A stretch of 61,756 nucleotides of DNA, counting the filler, from Chiloscyllium plagiosum (lineage: Eukaryota), in NCBI RefSeq assembly GCF_004010195.1. It is 3 parts of one record of this genome, joined end to end, with 100 filler letters (N's around TTAATTAATTAA, not from the genome) between each part and the next. Parts side by side here need not be neighbours in the genome. Positions count along the whole stretch, not along the records: positions 26,388 to 53,376 come from NC_057710.1; positions 53,477 to 61,756 come from NC_057710.1; 1 more part is not named here. The stretch is one strand, 5' to 3'. This document shows positions 50,350 through 61,756 of this stretch, in pieces. Each line of letters starts with the position of its first letter. Position 1 is the stretch's first letter. The position numbers were made by a program, and so were the translations under genes. Under the pieces are notes generated by a model that did no database searches, was not told where the DNA came from, and saw nothing but the letters and a program-made list of their open reading frames with translations.

Positions 50350-52518
50350 CCCATACAGAGAGATGACGACTGCTTCAACCCTTTGCCCTTCTGTAAGCTG
50401 CTTTGTATTACAACCAGGCTTTTATGTCCTTATTCGTTATAACCAGTTTGTGGCAATGGAAGCTCAGTGGTCAAAAAAAAAGTTTGCATTAAGTTATAGA
50501 AGTTGTTTTCTATTTCCTCACCAAATGGGACAATTTCAAAAGGGAGATGAATAGAGTGGGAAGTAGATGCAAACCCATGAGAAATAAATCTGGTGTATTC
50601 AAAGCTACAGTACCCTGTATGACTAAGGGTATTGATGAGAAGATAAGGAAGAAAAAAGAAGCACGCGAAGCATACTGCAATAATAACAGGAATAGAAATG
50701 AGGAAAAGTGTCTCAAAAGCAGATTAGAGCCTAAACTGGAATAATGAGACTAAGTGGATGCATAAGGAAAGGATGTCAGGCTGCACTAAAACATATTAAT
50801 TGTAAAAGATTAGTGAAGGATAGAGTAGGGCCCAAAAGGAACAAGCAGGATAGGCTGATTACTAAAGCAAAGGTTTGGCGCAGGTACTAAATGAATATTT
50901 TGCGTCCATCTTTACCAATTTAGGAGATGGTGACAATGGCCCAGATGAAAATGTGAATGCCAAGTAACTGAGCAGTATAGTGATAGATAAAGAAGAGGTA
51001 TTAAAAAGGCTGGTAACACCCCAGGCAGAGAAGTCGCCAGACCTCTGGGATGGGATGATCGAGATTGCTGAGAGAGGTAAGGGAGCAAATTGCAGAACCA
51101 TAGACAGCTATTTTCCAGGTGTCTCTGAGCATAGTGAACAGTCCCAGGAGACCGGAGGTCTGCAAATGTGACACTGCTGTTTAAGTAAGGGGCAAAGGAT
51201 AACCTCAGAAATTATAGACTTGACTAGCTTCACATCAATGGTTGGAAAATTGTGGGAGGCCATAATACAACATAAGGCAAATATATACTTAGAGAAAAAT
51301 AAATTAACACTTGACAGTCTTCATTTGTCAAGGACAGGTCATATCTGACAAACTTAATTGAGATCTTTGACAAGGTGACATAGGTAGTGAATGAAGGTAG
51401 TGCTGTGGATATTGTATATATAGACCTCCAGAAAATATTTGATATAGATTAGATTAGATTCCCTACAGTGTGGAAACAGGCCCTTCAATTGTACCAGCCT
51501 CCACCACTTCCTCCGGCAGCTCATTCCATACCCTCTGAGTGATAAACTTGCCCCTTAGGTCTCTTTTATATCTTTCCCCTCTCACCCTAAACCTCTACCC
51601 TCCAGTTCTGGACACCCCCACCTCAGGGAAATTTATTTATTTATCTATGTATATTTATATAAATTTGTCTATCCATCGTATCCATGCCCCTCATGATTTT
51701 ATAAACTTCTATAAGGTCACCCCTCAGCCTCTGACGTTCCAGGGAAAACAGCCCTAGCCTGTTCAGCCTCTTCATATAGCTCAAATCCTCCAACCCTGGC
51801 AACATCCTTGTAAATCTTTTCTGAACCCTTTTAAGTTTCACAACATCTTTCTGATAGGAAGGAGATCAGAATTGCACACAATATCCCAACAGTGCCCTAA
51901 CCAATGTCCTGTACCGCTGCTACATGACCTCCCAATTCCTGTACTCAATACTCTGACCAATCAAGGAAAGAATAACAAATGTCTTCTTCACTATCCTATC
52001 TACCTGTGACTCCACTTTCAAGGAGCTATGAACCTGCACTCCAAGGTCTCTTTGTTCAGCAACACTCCCTAGGACCTTACCATTAAGTGTATAAGTCCTG
52101 CTAAGCTTTGCTTTCCCAAAATGCAGCACCTCACATTTATCTAAATTAAACTCCATCTGCCACTTCTCAGTCCATTGGCCCATCTGAGCAAGATCCTGCA
52201 ATGATAAGAACGAAAATCTATAGACACAAGATTAGAAAGATTGGGCTTATTCTCCTTGAATCAGAGAAGAGTAAGAGGTAATCTTATTGAGATATTCGAA
52301 CGTATGAATAATTTTGACAGAGCAAAGAGGGATGTTCTGTTTCCATTAGTTGGTATGTCAGTAACTAGGGGACACAATTTCAAGGTTGTCAGCAAGAGTG
52401 CCAAAAGTGGGATGAGGGGAACCTTTTTTAGTCAGACAGTTCAGATTTGGAATGCACTGCCTGGGAGAGTAGTGGAGGCAGACTCCATAGGAGGTTTCAA
52501 AGGATAGCTGGATATATA
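50350..52518 (+). mobile_element. Old CR1 ORF2 (50350-51445, 52200-52518) interrupted by a younger minus-strand CR1
   Basis: IDKEEVLKRL...EKSP and GLFSLNQRRVRGNLIE. Confidence 0.75.
51446..52198 (-). mobile_element. CR1 3' fragment
   Basis: WQMEFNLDKCEVLHFGK, RVQKRFTRMLPGL; (ttaga)n tail of the type also seen on HE1. Confidence 0.88.
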
Positions 52519-53376
52519 GAACATAGAACAGTACAGCACAGAACAGGCCCCTCAGCCCACGATGTTGTACTGACCACTGATCCTCAGGTATGCACCCTCA
52601 AATTTCTGTGACCATATGCATGTCCAGCAGTCTCTTAAATGTCCCCAATGAGCTTGCCTCCACAACTGCTGCTGGCAACGCATTCCATGCTCTCACAACT
52701 CTCTGTGTAAAGAACCCGCCTCTGACATCCCCTCTATAATTTCCTCCGACCAGCTTAAAACTATGACCCCTCATGTTAGCCATTCCTGCCCTGGGAAATA
52801 GTCTCTGGCTATCGACTCTATCTATGCCTCTCATTATCTTGTATACCTCAATTAGGTCCCCTCTCCTCCTCCTTTTCTCCAATGAAAAAAGTCCGAGCTC
52901 AGTCAACCTCTCTTCATAAGATAAGCCCTCCAGTCCAGGCAGCATCCTGGTAAACCTCCTCTGAATCCTCTCCAAAGCATCCACATCTTTCCTATAATAG
53001 GGGGACCAGAACTGGACTCAGTATTCCAAGTGGGGTCTAACTAAAGTTTTATAGAGCTGCAACAAGATCTCACGGCTCTTAAACTCAATCCCCCTGTTAA
53101 TGAAAGCCAAAATGAAAGCCAATGAAAGCTTTCTTAACAACCCTGTCCACTTAGGTGGCCATTTTAAGGGATCTATGTACCTGCACACCAAGATCCCTCT
53201 GTTCCTCCACACTGCCAAGAATCCTATCCTTAATCCTGGATTCAGCTTTCAAATTCGACCTTCCAAAATGCATCACCTCGCATTTATCCAGGTTGAACTC
53301 CATCTGCCACCTCTCAGCCCATCTCTGCATCCTGTCAATGTCCCGCTGCAGCCTACAACAGCCCTCTATACTATCA
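52519..53376 (-). mobile_element. Relatively young CR1 3' part, cut by the gap
   Basis: Open 128-aa C-terminal frame DALERIQRRFTRMLPG...; (agaacat)n tail. Confidence 0.92.
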
Positions 53377-53476
53377 NNNNNNNNNNNNNNNNNNNNNNNN
53401 NNNNNNNNNNNNNNNNNNNNTTAATTAATTAANNNNNNNNNNNNNNNNNNNNNNNNNNNNNNNNNNNNNNNNNNNN
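53377..53476. other. Scaffolding gap with six-frame stop linker (N44-TTAATTAATTAA-N44)
   Basis: Identical to 26288-26387. Confidence 0.97.
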
Positions 53477-53841
53477 AGAGACAGATAGAAGCGATGAGGA
53501 ATTTGCAACAGCAACAGTGTGTGATGGATGGCAGTTATAGGAAGGGGGGAAAGTCTCAGATACAGTCACATAGATGGGTTAATTCCAGGAAGGGTGCGAG
53601 AGGTTGGCACCTAGGGCAGGAGTCTTTTGTGGATATACTCATTTCAAACAGGTATGCTGTTTTGGAAAATGTAGGAGGTGATGGATTATCAGGGGAACGT
53701 AGCACAAACAGCCAAGTTTCTGGTATTGAGACTGGCTCTAATGCAACGAGGGGTACGTCGGATTTCAAGAGATCAATTGTGTTAGGGGATTCTGTAGTCA
53801 GAGCTACAGACAGACGTTTCTGTGGCCAGCAGAGAAAAAGC
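53477..53841 (+). mobile_element. CR1 ORF1 middle part
   Basis: RQIEAMRNLQQQQCVMDGSYR...ISNRYAVL...SIVLGDSVVRATDRRFCG. Confidence 0.88.
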
Positions 53842-53899
53842 AAATCATATTTTCAGAATTTAATTCAAAGTTGTGTCTTCTATTGACAATCATGGAGAA

Positions 53900-54250
53900 C
53901 AATTTTTTAAAAATTATTTCAAACATCTGGACATTGCAGTCTTGGCCAGCATTTATTACCCACCCCTGAGTGTCTGAAGAAGGTGGTGGTAAGTTGCCTT
54001 TTTGAACTGCTGCAGTCTATGTGGTGTAGGGACATCTATGAAACTGTTAAGGAGCGAGTTCCCTGATTTGGAGTTGGCGATAATGAAGTAACAGTGGTGC
54101 ATTTCCAAGTCAGGATGGCACTGGCTTAGAGGGGAATTTATGGTTTTCCCATGCACCTGCTGCCCTTGTTCTTCTAAATGGTCGAGGTCATGGATTTGGA
54201 AAGTGCTGTCACAGGAGCCTTGGTATGTAGCTGCAGTGTACCTTGTAGAT
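53900..54250 (-). mobile_element. LINE family B 3' end
   Basis: ggccagcatttattacccaccc...gaagaaggtggtgg is the reverse complement of the family B tail. Confidence 0.7.
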
Positions 54251-56530
54251 GAGACTCTAAAATCAATCCATAATGGGGGGTTCTAAATCTAAACAAAGTG
54301 CAGTAATGCAAGTTTGAAGTAGATGGTTAGCCATGATCATGTAGAACAGCATGATCATGTTGACAATTCATGCATGGATTCAGTCTTCATCTCCAGTGAT
54401 TATACTGACTCTCAATACAATCCTTGCTCTGAGTTTTCTCAAAAGGGAGCCAAGTGTCAATTTAGCAGAATTTTAAGCAGTGTTTCCTTCTGTTGGCCCT
54501 AGAAACTTTGCTCAAAAGTTTACAATGCTCACATCATTAAGTATGCAATATGCATTTAGCAGTGGTGAAATACTCATCAATGCTGTGATCTTCTGGCATT
54601 TCCACCAAGAAAATTTATGGTCTACCACTATCACTATTTCATGCAGCTTCTTTTCTTAATAGTTCTTAACACCATCTATCCCCCAAATTACTAATCTTTC
54701 CTGCCCCCTGCATTTCTTAATTCCTCAGTCCTGACTAAGGACAAACACTCTGACTGATCACAGTTCCCCATTACAGTTCATTGCTGCCAAATATGAAAAG
54801 CTACCTTGCTACCTGTCTGCACTAACAGGGAAGGCAGACTTTCTGTGAGAATCCTAGTAAATGCTAAGTGAATAGCACGAAGAAAATAAACAAAGAGCCT
54901 TAAAATATATCCTGTTTTGATGCAGCAGATAGGTGGAAAGTGTCCTGGCAACATCATTGCAATGTAAGGTATCAGTGAGCTCCAAAGCACAGTATCAAAG
55001 TGCTGAAGTACATTAAAATTGAGTTCCAAAAGGGCCAAGGTGATGTGGCTGGTGCTTTGCCAATGTCAACCTCTATGGATGGAGGTTGCAGGCGGTTGCT
55101 GCCTCAGGAGCGATTCCTATGGTGTTGGGGGATGCTGGCCAAGATGGAGGTCCTGAGAAGATGATGAGCTGAAGCCGCTGGTACCCACTCAGACCCTCAT
55201 GTCAGGAATTATTATTGCCTAGTTTTTCACCACTGAAAATAGCAAACTGATAAGCTAAAGTGACAATGAGATATTAATGCAAGCAAATAGCCCCTCACCA
55301 CACTCTGGCAAGATTCACATCTTGCTGTTAAAACCTCAGGTGGAATATCAGACTGTTTCCTTCCTCAACGTTGAGAATCACAGTTTTCAGATTGCAACAT
55401 AATTTCCCAATTGGCCCATCACTGCACACATCATTTAGTGCCTGGGAAAATTCAGCGCACAGTATCTGTCAAAATTCTTTTTGAACAACCAGAAGTCAGT
55501 AATTTTGTAAAAGAAAACTGTGCAGAGTCTTTGTCCATGATTTTGGTTGAGCAGAAAACAATAAAACTCATCAAAATGCCTCACCTCATGAAGTTACAAT
55601 AGGACTGAAGTTAACACCAATCCTACTCTTATCATCACAAAAGGCAACAATTTATCCTGATATACCATGCAATGTGTCAGCAAAACTGTCTAAATTCTCA
55701 TGGTCAGGTTAAGCATCAGTTTTCACTTAATCCCAGCCCTTAAACTGCATAAAAGCAAAGTACTGCAAATGCTGAAAATCTGAAATAAACCCAGAAACTG
55801 CTTGAAACACTCAGCAGGTCTGGCAGTATCTGGGGAAAGAAACAGAGCACAGCTTTGCAACTCACCTTAAACATCCCTAACTTCAGTGATCCTGGCTTTA
55901 ACAGCTTTAATAATAAACATCCTGGGGGGACCTTGTCATTCATCATCTAACCCGATGAGGTCTCTTGTGGGAGAATCAAGAAAGTGCAAAGACAAAGCTC
56001 TTAAGTGTATAATGTAGGATACAAGATTAACTAGATATTATGTTGTTTTACCAGAAATATCTTGCAGGGTGAAGGAAGGAAATCTTAGGTGACTGATGGA
56101 GATAAAGGGGGCTAGAAATAGACCAACCCCTTTTACAATGAACAAAAGGTTGAACAAGATTCAGGAGAGAAAAAAAAAGTAAGATTTCAAGTAGGGCCTT
56201 TGTCAGCTGGGTTTAGGATCATGAAATGTCTAACATTGAACTATAAATTTGTCTAAGACTTCTGGATCTCCAGCTTTCACAATGATTCTCTTTCAGCCAC
56301 CCACATTGGAGATGGTATCCACCATTTCCCTTGCGCCATGTCTTTGTGCTGCTTTTAAAATATTAACAGTGTCATGTATACAGATACTGCAACAATTGTT
56401 GGACGTAAGAACTTCACCAAAATTTGTGAACCAAATATTTAAAAATAGCACAGAGAAGAATTTCTACCACTTTGTGATGCTTCCAACTTAAATGTTTGAA
56501 GTGACACAACATTTCTATGTCAGCACTTAC

Positions 56531-56701
56531 ACTTTCAGGATGGTGATGCACTTGGCAGTCAGCAGCTGCATCTTCACTCTCTGGTTTTACATTCTCTTTA
56601 TTTTCTGTAGGAGAAGGGGAGTTATCAGCAACCACAAAGTTAGTCACCAAATCAGGTAAACTTGTAGAGGGGAACTTCTGGAAATGGATTTCAGATTCAT
56701 C
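56531..56701 (-). CDS. Internal coding exon (171 nt, phase 0-0) of an unidentified minus-strand gene
   Basis: Acceptor ttactctttactctgttttacag, donor AGT|gtaagt; open 57-codon frame DESEIHFQKFPSTSLPDLVTNFVVADNSPSPTENKENVKPESEDAAADCQVHHHPES; no recognisable repeat. Confidence 0.75.
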
Positions 56702-57525
56702 CTGTAAAACAGAGTAAAGAGTAATTAAAAATGGTTGCTTTTCATCCTAATAATGTTTGCACACCTCCACGATCAAGCAGCTTTGCATTATGAAATATTT
56801 CAAAAACATTTTCTTTCATCTCCAGGTTATTTTATTTCCTTGAATTATACGTTAAATCCCTGAGCAGTACATTCAGCACTGAGAGTAGGGATTCCAACCA
56901 TAGCACCTTCGTATATTAGAACTAACTGATTTAAGTGCATATCCATTGGCAAGGTTAATGCTCAATTTTTTTAAAACCAATTTTACATCCTGCCCAGTAA
57001 TCTGGATGAGAAATGGCACACCTTACTGTGTTTATTAGTGAGCATTGAAGTGTCACTGACTACAGGACGCAGTGAGGCAGCGGCTTTCCAACCCCTGAAA
57101 TGTTTTACAAGCTGAGTCTGCAATGCAGATGCTAATGATGGGCAGAATTTAACCATGTTAAAAATATTTGCTGGTTGGGAGCAGTTCCTAGACTCAAGCT
57201 TGTTCCTGTTGCCTGCTGGTGAAATCCTGCTGGAAGCCAGCTCCTAACTGACTGCCTGGAAGACTGCAATCCATGTAAGTGCAGTAGGGGATTAATTGAA
57301 ACTACAGACTCAATCAGAGACAGGAGGGGGACCTCATCAGTGCCTTCACCTTGAGGTGTCCTTTGAAGAGCTTTCAGATTTAAAAAAAAACTGCAACTAC
57401 AACTGTTGAGGTGAAACACTGACCCTTGCAGCATAGGAGAGCTTGTGCTGGAGGACTAACCCAACCACCAATAGCAATGTACTGACATGTGCCAGACTTA
57501 GGCTGAACTGGAAAGTTGCATATTA

Positions 57526-57960
57526 AGAACAAAGAAAATTTACAGCCCAGGAACAGCCCCTTCGGCCCTCCAAGCCTGAGCCGATCCAAATGTACTGTCT
57601 AAACCTGTCGGTCAATTCCTAAGCATTTGTATCCCTCTGCTCCCCACCTACTCATGCATCTATCCAGACGTATCTTAAATGAATCTACCGTGCCTGCCTC
57701 TATTACCTCTGCTGGCAACACATTCCAAATGCCCACCACCTTCTGTGTGGAATACTTGCTTCGTGTATCCCCCTTAAACTTTCACCTCTCACCTTGAAAG
57801 CGTGACCTCTCGTTATTGAATCCTTCACCCTGGGAAAAAGCTTGTCTCTATCCACTCTGTCTACACCCTTCATGATTTTGTATACCTCAATCAGGTCCCC
57901 CCTCAATCTCCTTTTTTCTAGTGAAAATAAACCTAACCTACTCAACCTCTCTTCATAGCA
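57526..57960 (-). mobile_element. CR1 3' end
   Basis: YEERLSRLGLFSLEKRRLRGDLIEVYK; ttctttg tail. Confidence 0.9.
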
Positions 57961-58189
57961 ATATTGCTGGGAGAAACCCAGCATGTTCATAATCTGCCTC
58001 TAAATGGCCACTTACAAATTCAAATTGATAACCGAATGCTGCCAGCAGGTAACTTTCCCACTTCCAGCCCCGCTACGGTTCGGTCAGCTGGACACTGGAA
58101 CTCATTGACCTATCCTGCCTTACTCCCAGTCTTGCTGTCAAAGCTGCTTTGGTTGGACTGATAAGATCCCATCCCATCCATCCCATCCC

Positions 58190-60380
58190 AAGAATTCAGC
58201 TCCACAATCTTGCCACACCCCATTGAGAATAGTCTGGACAGTTGAACCACTAATGAGAAGTGGAGTCTTCATAAATAACTAAACCTTCAATAATTGCAGA
58301 GTCCAACAGGTAAGTACAAAAGAGCACACTGTTGTGTTTGCAAACATCTTCAGACATAATTGTCAAATGCACGATTCATCTCAGTGACGTCCTGAGGCCC
58401 TCAGCATCACAAATAACAAATCTTCAATTAATCTGATTCATTCCAAGATCAAGAAATGGCTGAAAGCATTGAATATAGCAAAGGTTACAGCAAACGGCCC
58501 TGCTAAGACTTGCAATCCAGATTTTAGCCAAGATGCTCCAATATGGCTACCACACTACCAATGTGGAAAATTGCCCAAGCATGCCCTGTCAACAAACTGC
58601 ACGGCCAGTCAAAAATCAGGTAATTACCACCTCATCAGTCTACTTTTGATCATTAGCAAAGCAATGGAAAGTGTGGTTGACAACTCTACCAAGAGGCAAT
58701 TTGTTAACAATAACCTGGTCCATTAACAAGGTCCAGAAATTGAGCAGAAGAGCTGAATTCAAGAGCTGAGATGGGAGTAACTGCCCTTGACATCAAGCAT
58801 TTGACTGGGTGCATATCAAGGAGCTTCAGTAAAATTAAAGTAATTGGGAATCCATGAGTAAACTATTTCCTGACTGGATACATACCTTTCACATGCTGGT
58901 TGTGGAAGTTGATCATCTCAGCCTCAGGACATCACTACAGGACTCCCTCAGGGTAGTGTCTTGGCGAACCATTTTCAGTTGTTTCACTAATTATCCTATT
59001 CTCATTGTAAATTTGGAATTAAGGATCTTTGCTGATGATTGCATAGTGTTCAGTACCATTCATAGGGATGAGTTTAGTAAAGACAATAGGTCTGAAAATC
59101 TTGTGTGATAAGGAATCATAACGTGAAACAACAAAGTCACTGATGCACATGAAAAGCCAGGAATGATAGCACTTTTTATGATGTGTAATAAAATACAAAT
59201 GCTTCCGTGTCACTTCAAATGAGTGGAACGTTTAGACTTCAAGTGGGTAGAAACATTACTTTTCTGTTTATTTACTGTCTATTAACTTTAAGATTGTGCA
59301 TCAATGCATTTGTACAAAATTATAAAAGTGAACACAGCATTTCAATATTTCAGCATGTAATATGGGCAATGCGTGTAACACACATGACGTCCATACTAAC
59401 AACAGAACATGACATTGTTAGATTATGAATGTACAAATCAAAACAAAGGGCTACAGATGGAAAGAGGTGCAGATCGGAAAAACATTTCATAGGGCAGAAT
59501 TCCACAGCAGAAAAGTCAGAATTCCATCAAAAGACAAAGATTTCTCATCCCTGCATTCCCAGCTACTCAGATACCAAAGCAGTCCATGACCAGATACATC
59601 AAGCCTGTTTGCAACACATATGATATGTAATGTCCATCTCTAACAAGAGGAAATCTAACCAGTGCCCCTTATACCCAATGGCATTACCATCGCTCAATCC
59701 CCCACCTATCAAAGTTCTAGGCAGAGGTGGGGGTTTGTCCATGACTAGAAACTGACTAATTTTTTTCCTCTCTCCTTTTGCGTAGTTTTTCTTTTTACCT
59801 CCCATCCTCAGGCAACATTGGCAATGTCCAGGGTGAAAGTCAGTGCGGACACCTGGCCTCAGCATGGATTCAGATTCCCGGCCTCGGAGTGCACTCAGAC
59901 TCCCAGCACTCCTGGCCTCGAGGTGAAGCCTGGCACAATCTGGGTTGGAAGAAATTATTCTGAACTCTTATTGCTCTATTGTTCTAAATTATTGCTGGGC
60001 ATTTTTTTCTTTATTTTTGTAATTTCTTTTCTCTGAGAATTTGTACTTAAGAATCTATACCTACATACCTCAGATGGCATTGCAAGTGGTGACTTCTTAT
60101 CTTTTCACTGTACTCATGTGAGCACATGTAGCAATAAAGCTAATTCTTATTCTTCTTCTCTTCTATAAGTAAACACCACCTACAAATTTCCCTCCAAGAT
60201 GTACACAATGCTGACGTGGAACTCTATTGTCATTCCTTCATCATCGCTGGATCAAAATCTTGGAACTCCCTCCCTAACAGTTCTGTGGGTGTAGCTGTAC
60301 CATATGGACTGCAGACATTCAAGTAGTTGTCTCACCACCACTTCCGCAAGGGAATTAAGGGTGGGCCACTTACCACATGA
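58190..60380 (+). mobile_element. Degraded LINE family B copy with nested insertions (59063-59553 and about 59770-60160)
   Basis: NYHLISLLLIISKAME, IFADDCIVFSTI; colinear with 41450-43255. Confidence 0.75.
59063..59553. mobile_element. Probable non-autonomous hAT-like MITE
   Basis: Ends tagggatgag / ctcatccctg form an imperfect 10-bp TIR; cattc is repeated on both flanks; the host LINE resumes in register. Confidence 0.5.
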
Positions 60381-60879
60381 AGGAAAAAACAACCTTGGTG
60401 GTGCCTTGTAGTACCATGGATCTTCATTTAAGTTTACAAATGGAAAAAAATCTTTTAAAATATGCTTTAAAATTATCTTGCTTTCTCAAGCTTTTCAGTT
60501 GGATAAGGCTGTACAAGCTGCTACTTTCAATTTAATCTTTGAAAGAGATAGCTTTCTGTTTAATAAAGGGGAGGAATTCATAGATACAATCTTTTGAGGA
60601 ATTGCAATCTCCGGGGGTAATGTATTATAAAAGCCAGATCATGAATAGAATTAAATTTAATATTCAAGCCATGAATTAAACATTATTAAACATAAAACCA
60701 TTATTCATCAGCACATCTTCAGTTTTAAAGATGTTTTAATCATAGCATATTCGGATTAAGAATAATTCAACATTAATGAAAGGGCACTGATATAAAATGA
60801 TGGCCACATGCAACATAATTTCCACTGATTAAGGCAATTACTAAGGCAATGAACTATCATATGAAACTTGCATATGAAC

Positions 60880-61530
60880 ACTGAGGAGTGGCAGATGGAG
60901 TTTAATTTGGATAAATGTGAGATTTTGCATTTTGGTAATACAAACAAGGACAGGGCTTATACAATAAATGGTATGATAGTGTTGTGGAACAGAAAGACCA
61001 AGGGGTTTCAGGTACATAATTCTTTGAAATTTGCATCACAGGTAGACAGGGTGATTAAGTAGGCGTTTGGCATGCTTTCCTTCATTGGTCAGACCTTTGA
61101 GTATATAAGTTGGGACGGCATGTTGAGGTTGTACAGAACATTGGTGAGGCCTCTTCTGGACTACTGTGTGCAGTTCTGGTCACGCTGTTATAGGAAGAAT
61201 ATTATTAAACTGGAGAGGGCTCAGAAAAGATTTCCAGGATGTTGCCTGGAAAGATTGGGACTTTTTCCATTCCATAGGAGGTTGAGGGGTGACGTTACTG
61301 AGGTTTCTAAAACCATGAAGGGCATAGATAAGGTGAATGACAAGGGTCTTTTCCCTAGGATAGTGAAGTTCAAAACTAGGGGTTGGATTTTTAAGGTGAG
61401 AGGAGAATGATTTCAAAGGGACTTGAGGGGCAACTTTTTTTTAAATGGAGAGTGGTTCGTGTACTGAACTACCAGAGAAAGTGGTGAATGCAGGTACAGG
61501 TACAATGTTTGAAAGACACTTGAATAAGTT
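60880..61530 (+). mobile_element. CR1 3' fragment
   Basis: WQMEFNLDKCEILHFG, LYRTLVRPLLDYCVQFWS. Confidence 0.88.
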
Positions 61531-61545
61531 TATTAATATCTTCGA

Positions 61546-61756
61546 TGAGAAAGTGAGGACTGCAGATGCTGGAGATCAGAGCTGAAAATGTGTTGCTGGA
61601 AAAGCACAGCAGATCAGGCAGCATCCAAGGAACAGGAGAATCGACGTTTCGGGCATGAGCCCTTCTTCAGGAATGAGGAAAGTGTGTCCAGCAGGCTAAG
61701 ATAAAAGGTAGGGAGGAGGGACTTGGGGGAGGGGCGTCGGAAATGCGATAGGTGGA
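61546..61756. mobile_element. Penelope-like element terminus running off the window
   Basis: gagaaagtgaggactgcagatgctggag... as at 22467; CpGs retained, so probably young. Confidence 0.78.
61641..61675 (-). ncRNA. Minimal type I hammerhead ribozyme core
   Basis: Minus strand reads AUUC-CUGAAGA-A-GGGC-UCAU-GCCC-GAAAC-GUC-GA; palindromic ACGU stem III; partial stem I. Confidence 0.62.

Noticed and set aside
55866..55946. Minus-strand exon candidate MMNDKVPPGCLLLKLLKPGSLKLGMFK with donor AAG|gtgagt
   Set aside because: Good donor but a poor polypyrimidine tract at the acceptor; unresolved

Overview
Non-bacterial DNA: a CpG-depleted, repeat-saturated vertebrate region. Its repeat families (HE1-type V-SINEs, HER1/CR1 LINEs, Penelope-derived repeats, Gypsy remnants) point to a shark or ray genome (inference). 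Almost every ORF in the supplied track is a decayed transposon fragment or noise. The window has one full-length decayed CR1 (3191-7321), many CR1, L2 and Rex1 fragments, three LTR-retrotransposon remnants, two SINE families and three assembly gaps. Evidence for a host gene is limited to one strong minus-strand internal exon (56531-56701) and a probable terminal exon (16277-16386); I cannot name the gene. Most notable observations: (i) the 27-kb contig between the two linker gaps appears reverse-oriented, because one CR1 ORF1 is split in register across them; (ii) two local inverted duplications of otherwise unique DNA, one enclosing a decayed 72-nt LRR-like exon; (iii) hammerhead-ribozyme cores in the Penelope-derived repeats; (iv) a three-level nested insertion with TSDs; (v) a CpG-undepleted segment at 1-420. 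I found no convincing new biological system. Repeat boundaries were set by eye and are approximate.
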